A stretch of DNA of 64,000 nucleotides from Epithemia pelagica (lineage: Eukaryota; Protista; Bacillariophyta). The notes below the pieces were generated by a model. That model ran no database searches. It was not told the DNA's origin and saw nothing but the letters and a program-made list of their open reading frames with translations. Positions 44,155 through 52,949 of this stretch are shown here, one piece after another. The stretch covers positions 2,418,001 to 2,482,000 of the forward strand of contig OX337240.1 of the NCBI GenBank assembly GCA_946965045.2, read 5' to 3'. A program made the translations under genes and the position numbers. Position 1 is the first letter of the stretch. Each line of letters starts with the position of its first letter.

Positions 44155-44656
44155 AGTCGCAGTTTATGTTTTTAGCACCAGTCGCGTTTCCAAATTTGTA
44201 TTTGTGTTTTGAAATATTGAATTTGCACGACTGGCAGTTTGTGTTACATGACCCAATGATATAAGCCTACATGTCGGAATCCGCGCATGCATAACGCGCA
44301 GGATGGGCTTTGGCGCCACAGAACGCCGGGCCACTCGCCGTTTGTGTCTACGACACTCATGTTTTGCTAACTAACCTATGACACAACAAACAACAAATGA
44401 GATAACTATCGTCCATTTGAATCAAGCTGTGCGTTGCAAGATAGCAGATCAATTCCTGGAAACCAAAGCGAGGAATCAAAATGAGGAACTCAAGATCACT
44501 TTGTTTACTCTATAGCTTTAATCATAATATCGATACAGGAGTTTTTGCAACGCAAAAGACTTCTAGGTTGGCGTGGAGACTTGATCAATCTCCACCCCGA
44601 CTACGCGGTATTCCCCTAGCTATTAGTATACCCAGTGTATGCTAGTGACTCTGACA
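44155..44656 (+). repeat. 3' LTR of element 3
   Basis: Direct repeat of 35503-36004. Confidence 0.95.
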
Positions 44657-44939
44657 CTGGGTGGTGGGGTGGTGGCCGAATCGAACCACCAGCGCGATGA
44701 TTCGAGCGCGGATTCTCGAAAGCGGGCGCAACCGCAACGGTCCCTCTTAAATCCTCTTGGGACAATGGTCTAAAAACGCTAGGAGTTGATTCGTCCGCGA
44801 AATTCCGGTTCCTGGACCAGCATGAGGATGAGCCGCTGTTTTGGCTGTTGGTGGTGGTGATGGTTGCGGTTGCGGCATCCAGAGAAGGAGGAGGATCATG
44901 GCGTTTGGTATGGTTGGACGGCGGTACCACGGATGGCAT
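44657..44939 (-). CDS. SLC34: original 5' coding segment (94 codons) of the SLC34 gene, separated by element 3
   Basis: Removing 35503-44656 and one CTGGG TSD fuses MPSVV...PPPHHP in frame to ATATTTATT...RTSR-MIKDN (957 aa in total). Confidence 0.8.
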
Positions 44940-46039
44940 GGCACTCTCCGTGGTCTACCGAATCATTGTCATCAAAAATTTTTTTAAAAAGAGAGAGCAC
45001 ACACACCACAACAAGCATATATATTATGAGACAATCCTCCAACAAAGCCATTCCAAAACAGTCACCATATTCTCGGAAAGCGCGCACGCATCCAAAGAAA
45101 CGAGAAACGATATCAACGACGACAACAATGGATCCGAATGTACCATCATGGAGTTGTTGTTCTGGGACCCTCTCTCCTCTATCGCAAGGATCACATCCAA
45201 GATCAAGGTTTGTTTTTGTTCGGAGCCCACAAAGAGAGAGAGAGTGTGAGACAGCCGCAGCGTCATGTCAAAGAACACTGCGCATTCCTCCACTCTATAA
45301 GAGTCAAGTGTACTCCCCAGGAGGGCTATAGTCCGTAGGTCTCTCGTCCATGAATATTCGAGATTCGATTCGTTGAATGTCGCTCTAGGTTGTTGTCATG
45401 TTACAACGGTATGATCTGATTTCATGTATCACACCCTAACGGATGGAATCTTTCGAACTCGAGATGCATGGGATTCCCATCGACGTTTCTACACTAGTAT
45501 GGATGGAGAGAAGACTGTATTATGTTGTTTCACTGGCCGGGAAATAATCCGCGACCTTTGCTCATTTTGTCGTTATGCGATCGAATGGCGACTTCTTTGA
45601 AGAAGATACCATATCCACTCCAAACTTGTTTCGTTGGCTGTTGGGTCGACGAAGAACACCTCCAAGGTATTGTGTGGCTCAATCTCGTCGACACCTCTCT
45701 ATTCATTAGATTGGTCCAAGCACTGCAGAAACTAGAAACGAGGACGAGTGGTTTCCAAAGCAACAGCGAGAGAAACGGAGAACGCACACGTCTTGCGGGT
45801 AAGTACTACGGTCGCCATTCGGTGTGGCAGCCGTGAAAGAGTGTCGAGATCCTATTGGTGGCTCTTGTTCTTTTTTTTTTTGGAATGACAAGGACTCACA
45901 CCAGGATATCAGCACGGTTGATTTTTGTTGTGGTTCTCCAGTTTGCACAGGAACCACCCAAAAAGGATCCGCATCTCGACCCTCTCGAACCAGTTTGTTG
46001 TTTTCGAGTCGTGAGATATTATATAACACACACAACAGG

Positions 46040-48436
46040 ATGCTGCTGCTGCACCGTGTCCCAATCATGGTCACTGGGAAAACATGGCCTAGTTCTTGTT
46101 GGAAGACCACAACCAGAAGAATGGCACCAACAACAACCACAACGATGACAACAACGACGAGTGCTCGACTGCGGACCCTGTCGTCCATGGCGCAAGCTCC
46201 GATGGCCGGATCCGCAGCATCCAGAATGGAATGGACGAACCATAGGACACTGGATTCTGTTTCTTCTCCTCGACGTATCACAGGCTTGCCAGCACCGTAT
46301 GACCGTTGGGGTTCGATTCTCGTGTCGTCCTTTACCACCACCACAACCGTGTACCAAGACGAACCCCATCCTCCAACTTCATTGGACATTCCCACCACTC
46401 GTCGACGACAATCACCGACATCCACTGCTTCTTCTTCTGCTTCTTTGGATGCAAACCGACCACCCTCCTCCCAATCTCCTCCTCCTCCTTCTCGTGTCGC
46501 CCACCCGTCGCCGTTCTCCTCCTCCACTTTTGAATCGACAGGGACCGGAACCACCACTTCCATCTCTTTTCCCCAACAAACAAATAAGAAGAAGAAGAAG
46601 AAGAAGCGAAAAGCCACCGCCGAACAACAACCACCACAATTTGATCTCTTGGTATCGTGTTTGCCGGGTTTGGAATCCTATTTGATGCGAGAATTGACGC
46701 ACGAAATGGGTTTGTTTGCCAGTCACACCCAGTCCTTGTCAACCTCCGAAACGATGGAGGGCATTCGCAATCTCTTGATTCGACAAGCCACGGTCGATAC
46801 CGTCGTGGCCTTGCACGGTCATTCCGGCATTGCCAGTCATGTCGCCCTTCGCTGTCACGTGCCCTTTCGATGCACTAGTTTGTCGGAATTGCGTCGCAAG
46901 GTGGCCCAGTCCATTCCTTGGACGGCTTGGTTGTGCCCTACCACGGCACAAACGCGCGTCGAGGTGATTCAAATTGTCCACGCCTCCAAACGACAACAGC
47001 ACGCGGCCAAACCCCATTGGCAAGCCGATCCAGTGGCCGATCAAGTCCAACGGGGCATTGATATTGCCTTGGGACGACGACCGGTGAAAGGCAATCCAAC
47101 GGAACCACGCAACGATGCAACCACCGCCGCCAACTCCACAGAAATTGCAACAGAAGACGACGCCAAAGACTCTCGGACTCCGACTGACGACGACAACGAC
47201 AACACTACTGTCGTGGTTCCCATTCATGTTCGCATTGTCAAGGATTTTGTCCACATTACCATTCCCACATCGACCAAACCCTTGTATCTACGACAGGACG
47301 ACGACGACGGCAATGACGACACTAATGCCACGGTCGAGACTACTGATCCAGACACGACGACTCCCACTGCTTCCAACACTAACGACAACAATCGACAACC
47401 GTCGGTTGTCTTGGCAGAACCACGACCGGATCTGGCACATGCCATGGCCATGGCCATGGAAGTGGTACAAGACCAAAAGGAAGAAATGGAACAAGAAACC
47501 AACGCAGCCGACCAGCACGAACCACCACACCACAATGACAACACCACCACAACAGTGATTGTCGATCCCTATTGTGGATCCACCAGCACCTTAATGTTGG
47601 AAGCCTGCCAACGACATTTGCAATTGCCACCGGGACGGTTTCGATCCGAGGCACCCTTGCGGGGGACCAAATTGTATCAACCGGAACAATGGCGCGATTA
47701 TCAACAACGGGCCATGGCTCAGGCACGCGCCTATGAGGCACCAACGAATATACAGTTTGTGGCCAGTGACCGAGAGGCCTCGACGGTCGCCCAAGCGCGA
47801 GCGGCCGCCCAACGACAGGCACTGGCCGAGTACATTTCCTTTTCCACCACGGATACCATTGAGCAAGCCTTGGCGAATGCCCACAAGGACAGCAACAAGG
47901 ACGACGACCAGACGCAATACACGGCAGAGGAGACCAAACTGGACACTTCCGGACGTTGTCGTCGTCTGCTTCAAGTCTTGACCAAACCACCGTACAGCAA
48001 GCCCAAACGGGTTCGAACCAAGGCTGGTAAATTGCGCAAATCCTATCGTCACTTGTGGCCCTCGTATCAGGAATTGGGTCAGGCCTGTGCCACGTACAAT
48101 GCCTCCACCTTGCATATCTTGTCGTCCAATGTCGAATTGGTCAAAAAAGTGGGTTTGTCCGAATTGCGATCCATGTTTGTGACGGATCAAGGGGGATCGC
48201 ACCTGTTTGGCATGCATGCCGAATTGGCCACCAACGCGGAACGTCAGACGGACCAAACAGCCACAAGCACAACCATGCCATTGCCACCCAAGATCCTTGG
48301 ACCACAACAACAACAACAAGTCTTGTCGTCGTCGGCGGCGGCGGCCATGGCACTCGAACCTCCCTCGGTGGACGAGCCAACTACTTCCTCGTCACCGGAA
48401 CCAGGGATGGAACAACAAGGCACCATGTCGTCCTAG
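46040..48436 (+). CDS. THUMP-domain SAM-dependent RNA methyltransferase (RlmL/THUMPD-like)
   Basis: LVSCLPGLESYLMREL THUMP-like start, IVDPYCGS...LMLEA SAM motif, FVASD and TKPPY. First plausible ATG at 46040, with a low-complexity N-terminus. Confidence 0.78.
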   Translation: MLLLHRVPIMVTGKTWPSSCWKTTTRRMAPTTTTTMTTTTSARLRTLSSMAQAPMAGSAASRMEWTNHRTLDSVSSPRRITGLPAPYDRWGSILVSSFTTTTTVYQDEPHPPTSLDIPTTRRRQSPTSTASSSASLDANRPPSSQSPPPPSRVAHPSPFSSSTFESTGTGTTTSISFPQQTNKKKKKKKRKATAEQQPPQFDLLVSCLPGLESYLMRELTHEMGLFASHTQSLSTSETMEGIRNLLIRQATVDTVVALHGHSGIASHVALRCHVPFRCTSLSELRRKVAQSIPWTAWLCPTTAQTRVEVIQIVHASKRQQHAAKPHWQADPVADQVQRGIDIALGRRPVKGNPTEPRNDATTAANSTEIATEDDAKDSRTPTDDDNDNTTVVVPIHVRIVKDFVHITIPTSTKPLYLRQDDDDGNDDTNATVETTDPDTTTPTASNTNDNNRQPSVVLAEPRPDLAHAMAMAMEVVQDQKEEMEQETNAADQHEPPHHNDNTTTTVIVDPYCGSTSTLMLEACQRHLQLPPGRFRSEAPLRGTKLYQPEQWRDYQQRAMAQARAYEAPTNIQFVASDREASTVAQARAAAQRQALAEYISFSTTDTIEQALANAHKDSNKDDDQTQYTAEETKLDTSGRCRRLLQVLTKPPYSKPKRVRTKAGKLRKSYRHLWPSYQELGQACATYNASTLHILSSNVELVKKVGLSELRSMFVTDQGGSHLFGMHAELATNAERQTDQTATSTTMPLPPKILGPQQQQQVLSSSAAAAMALEPPSVDEPTTSSSPEPGMEQQGTMSS

Positions 48437-49270
48437 TATAGAATCCGCATCTGTTCACGTCGAAAGGAAATTCTGCAATATGGTGTGGACTGGGACGACG
48501 GCTCTACTGCAACTAGGATTCGAAACCTTTTGACTTCTCGAATAATAGTGGTAGTAGTTCTATAACTACTGCGTTACATTCCAAATTTCAAATCTGTACA
48601 AACACGGGAATCCATAGTCCATGTCTACTAGAGAAGACCGCATCCATTGTCTATTATTGGCTTTTGGCTTCTAGTGGTCTGCATCATCAAGAGAAGTGCG
48701 GTCCCCTTTTCTTCTAGACTCCAGACATGCACAATGCACATTAGGATTAGGAGTAGTTTGAAGATCTGTACTACTAACTACTACACTCGTACTGTGGTAC
48801 TTACGAGTACAAAAGTGTTACTCCTACCAGTTACAGTTCCCACTATCCATTTTTTCTTTAGGGGCTGCTGATGGGGCCTACAAGCTGAGTTCAGGGAGTA
48901 TGTTCCTGACGTAGACCCCTCGTAGATTTAGTACCATAAAATATAATCCTCAATAGCGTTTGGCCTGACTAGTGAATGAAAGTGTCCGACTCGTGACAAC
49001 CCAGTGTCTGAATAATAAATTTTTTGTTTCGTACCGTGATGTGTGACAGCTTCCGAACGCTAGAATTCCGTCGAAAATGATGAAAAAACGGTTGTTGTCT
49101 AACGACCATGGTGGAGGGCCATCCCAACCGTTCGAGATGTTGCCGAGCTGCATCCGGATGCTTTAGGGTTTACTTGAACCACCCCAAATGGGGCAACATC
49201 TCAAACGGTTGGCATCATCCTCAATAATTCGATCATCCAACTCATCCCACGCAACACGGTCTACAACAGG

Positions 49271-52200
49271 ATGGAACGAAATTTTTCTGGGAAAGATATT
49301 CTTGACGTCTTTAAGACGCGATGCACCCGATCCTCGTTTGGATTCTGCAACAAGTGGATCCAAGACACCGAGATTGTAGGATACCTGAGAACTTGGTTGC
49401 CAGGACTGTCGACAATCAGATTGAATTCTCTTTTCTCTAGAGACATTGTCCTTAAACCCATTTTCGAAAATGAGGTGTCGGAACCAAACAAGTTTGGCTG
49501 GTACCGCCACAAAATCACAATCAATAAACAAAGATACACATTCTTGTATATAAGCTCCGACACAACAAAACTGCCAGTGATGTTGAACGATCACCAAGAA
49601 TGGCTGGAGGCTGCAGCCGAGAATGTGATTCGGCGGTCGGGACGAGAGAAGCCAACGAAGCGAAGGAACGAAGACTCACCAGGGGTACATGAAGGCACGG
49701 CAACTGTATCCAAGCAAGCAAGAAACACTACAACACCACCAGCAATGAAGAGCACTGCAACGCAGCAACATGGTCAACCGCCACAAATTGGAGACAGCCC
49801 TACCGAAATGCAAACGTCACCACCTCACGACAACACAAATCAGGTGCTTGTTGGAGCAATCCAACATCCTGAATTGGCCACAGACGAAATCGGCCATGAC
49901 CATCCACAGAGTTTGCCGATTGGTTTTTCAGTTTTCGAGAGTGAGATGATCCAAGGTCTATCGCAACAAATGGAAAGCGCCTGTTTTGATGAGCCAAGGA
50001 ACCGTAGGCTCTTTGCCGGCAAATGCGATTCTCCAGGATCGTCAAAACGAAATCTTGAGCGATGGATAGAAACCCTTGAAAGGGCCATTTCCAACGTGGA
50101 GGCACTTCCGAATGTGGTTAACAAGGGAGACATCTTCCCCCCCAACCAGGAACAGCAACAGAGGGTACTGCTCAAGGCAACGTATTTACAACTTTCTTAT
50201 AAGATAGCGTTGCTTGATATGCCACACGGTCGTACATGGCTGAACTGCATAAGCGAAGCCATAAGCAAAATGGAACAGATTTATGGTGAAAAAGTAAAAA
50301 AACATCCCAAGACCATTGCTCGTTTTCACAGGTACTTTCGGGAAAACGACAGTTTCCCTCATCCCAACTACCACGTTCATATTGGGAAAGAGCCATCGCC
50401 CGTCTTATTCGTTCACATACCTGAAGCAAAGGTAAAGTTTGAATGCTGGGCAAAGGAAAACCTGAGCACTCTTACAACAGAGTCTGCTCTAATGTACCTG
50501 AGGACAACATTGCTTCCGGATATGCATACCATGATCGTACAAGAGTGCATGGATACGAATGCAACGCCAGTATCGTACGAGGCCTTCTTGGCATCGATGA
50601 AGCTTTCCACCATTTCGCAAAGCACAGCGTGGCGATGTATTGCTGCTGCAGGGCTCGTGTTCAAGGAACACACGAAAACATACTTCACTGATCGACACGA
50701 AAATGCTGAGAATGTTGCCCACAGAGCTGCTTTTGTCAAGAAGTACTTTAAGTGGGAAGAGCTGTCGTATCGGTGGGTGCAGCTCCCTACCGAGGATGCA
50801 ATCAAACTTGAAAACGAAGGGAATGCGGGCAAGGAGAAGCTCTTGCCAAACAGCTTTGTATTTGAGTACACTGATGTAACAACAGGCAAGCAGATGCGGG
50901 AGTACCATGTTGATGCCTTCCCAAGCGAATTTGAACGGTACATCAAACCAGAAAACACAATTCACAATGGAAACTTGTCACACAGGTTTCCCTCCGACCG
51001 CAAACCTGTCATCCTCATCGGCCAGGACGAATCGATCTACAAGCAGTTTTCCTTCTCGTCTAAGGCATGGTACACTAAAGATGGCGCAACTAAAATGCTG
51101 CCAAAGGATGATGGACATGGGATGATGATCAGCGCTTTTGTAAGCCGATCATGGGGCTTCCTTATGAACGGAAACCCGTTGCTTGCTGCGAGTCTATTTC
51201 GGATTAATGAACTCCGTCTACATGCGACACACAACAAATACGTCTCTACCGAGGCTGCAGTGAACCTCAATGGTCACACTGCCAAGACTCCAATTACCAA
51301 TGCCCAACCGTTCACTCGCTTTTTTGAATACGGAGCAGATAAAGAGGGATATTGGAATTATGAATACATGGCCTTGCAGTTGGAGGATATTGTCGATTGC
51401 CTCGTGGTCATGTTCCCCGCCCATGACTTTGTCTTTTTGTTCGACCAAAGCAGTGGTCATGGAAAACAACAATCCGATGGGTTAAATGCTCTGAACATGA
51501 ATAACGACTGGGGAGGAGCTGTTCCCAGCATGCGGGACACACAAATTATTGATCAAGCTTGCCTTGGCCCGTACAACCATGACGACAAACTACGAGTTGG
51601 TGACGTACAACACCTCGTCTATCAGGAGAACGATCGTGGTCCAGTTGCTAAAAAAGGCCATCGTCTCAATGACGCGCAGCGTGTCGCATCGAAGAATACA
51701 CACCGAACTGGTAGAAAGAAAAAGCGCAACCTCACAAAGAAGGAGCTCATGGCAAAACTTGTCCGGGTCATGGGACCTGGAATGCAACGTTCATTTCAAT
51801 CGAAAAATGCTGGTGAACTACAGGACCTTTGTAAACGCTCCAACATTGCAACGGTGATTGAAGATGATGTGATCGAGGAAGGCTGGATGAATAATGCAAA
51901 AGGGCTCTTTCAAGTGTTATGGGAGCGGGGGTGGATAGACCCTAACAACATGATCAAGTACGTCAAGACAACCAGAGATGCATGGTTGGAAGCGGATAAG
52001 AAGACTGTGAAAGAAGCCTATCAGGCGGACTACAAAAAGTACTCTATGGTTCATCTGATGAGCGAATGCTCCGATTTCAAGAACGAAAAATCTGCAATGG
52101 AGAAGCTGGCGGAAGACTTGTCTGAACGACATCGTTGCAGGATCGAGATTCTCGTATCGACCAAGTATCACTGTGAAATGGCCGGTGAGGGGATCGAGTA

Positions 52201-52537
52201 TGGCTGGGGTTACTCAAAAAAAGTCTTTCGTGCTTTCTCACTGAATGAGAAGAAAGACAAAGCTGCCTTTTTACGATGTTTGACAGCGAGCCTGAAGAAA
52301 ACAACACCCGAAATCATGCGGAAAATGTCAGCAAAGGCACGTCGCTATATGCTCGCGTACTTGTTATACGATCAAAATTCCAACAACAGCGACTATGCAG
52401 CTGCGGGCCTCTCGTATGCCGAAATTGAAAAGATGTCAAAAGCAATCAAGTGTCACCGATCCGCCTTCGACCAAGATCATGGCTTCATCTCACGTCTCTG
52501 GAGAGAAACGCAAGGATCTGGTGCAGTAGAAACCTGA
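49271..52537 (+). CDS. DDE transposase (IS630/Tc1-like), 1088 aa
   Basis: IGQDES (D1), FLFDQSSGH (D2 at 51443), KYHCEMAGEGIEYGWG (E at 52196) and a YGADKEGYW motif. Confidence 0.85.
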   Translation: MERNFSGKDILDVFKTRCTRSSFGFCNKWIQDTEIVGYLRTWLPGLSTIRLNSLFSRDIVLKPIFENEVSEPNKFGWYRHKITINKQRYTFLYISSDTTKLPVMLNDHQEWLEAAAENVIRRSGREKPTKRRNEDSPGVHEGTATVSKQARNTTTPPAMKSTATQQHGQPPQIGDSPTEMQTSPPHDNTNQVLVGAIQHPELATDEIGHDHPQSLPIGFSVFESEMIQGLSQQMESACFDEPRNRRLFAGKCDSPGSSKRNLERWIETLERAISNVEALPNVVNKGDIFPPNQEQQQRVLLKATYLQLSYKIALLDMPHGRTWLNCISEAISKMEQIYGEKVKKHPKTIARFHRYFRENDSFPHPNYHVHIGKEPSPVLFVHIPEAKVKFECWAKENLSTLTTESALMYLRTTLLPDMHTMIVQECMDTNATPVSYEAFLASMKLSTISQSTAWRCIAAAGLVFKEHTKTYFTDRHENAENVAHRAAFVKKYFKWEELSYRWVQLPTEDAIKLENEGNAGKEKLLPNSFVFEYTDVTTGKQMREYHVDAFPSEFERYIKPENTIHNGNLSHRFPSDRKPVILIGQDESIYKQFSFSSKAWYTKDGATKMLPKDDGHGMMISAFVSRSWGFLMNGNPLLAASLFRINELRLHATHNKYVSTEAAVNLNGHTAKTPITNAQPFTRFFEYGADKEGYWNYEYMALQLEDIVDCLVVMFPAHDFVFLFDQSSGHGKQQSDGLNALNMNNDWGGAVPSMRDTQIIDQACLGPYNHDDKLRVGDVQHLVYQENDRGPVAKKGHRLNDAQRVASKNTHRTGRKKKRNLTKKELMAKLVRVMGPGMQRSFQSKNAGELQDLCKRSNIATVIEDDVIEEGWMNNAKGLFQVLWERGWIDPNNMIKYVKTTRDAWLEADKKTVKEAYQADYKKYSMVHLMSECSDFKNEKSAMEKLAEDLSERHRCRIEILVSTKYHCEMAGEGIEYGWGYSKKVFRAFSLNEKKDKAAFLRCLTASLKKTTPEIMRKMSAKARRYMLAYLLYDQNSNNSDYAAAGLSYAEIEKMSKAIKCHRSAFDQDHGFISRLWRETQGSGAVET

Positions 52538-52949
52538 TCTAATCTCCATTTATCATCAAAATGCATGTAACTTAACTATTTATAACAGCAATCCATTTTA
52601 TTGAATGTATTTCTTGTCAGTTATTGGTATCAATGATCACTTCCGTGTTGCGTGCTCGTGTTGCGTGTTGGATTATCAGTTTGTAAGTACCTCGAAAATG
52701 TGAGAGAGCGAGAAAATGGACGATTTTCGGAGCAGACCTCGCGCGAAACACGCCTCCCTCTCCGAAAACGCGCACGCATCGCAAAACTGGCACGCAAATC
52801 CTTAAGTAACTCAGCCCACATACCAAAACTTCACCGTTTTTTAGTATGTGAGCTCAAGATTTTTTTTTTGGAATGTGGGCTGAGGGCTGAGGAGAATGCT
52901 GCGTTTCGTGTTTCTTGTGTTTCGTGTTTCGAGTTTTTGCGTTTCGACC

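Larger units (their letters stand above)
35503..44656 (+). mobile_element. intact Ty1/copia LTR retrotransposon (element 3, 9.15 kb, single ORF)
   Basis: 502-bp LTRs at 35503-36004 and 44155-44656 with no mismatch seen. TSD CTGGG at 35498-35502 and 44657-44661, GGTTAT-type PBS at 36005, PPT AAGAGGGAG. Confidence 0.97.

Noticed and set aside
45706-46617. 303-aa minus-strand ORF and many similar ORFs of 60-400 aa across the window
   Set aside because: They are antisense or alternate-frame shadows of stronger genes or low-complexity GC-rich sequence.
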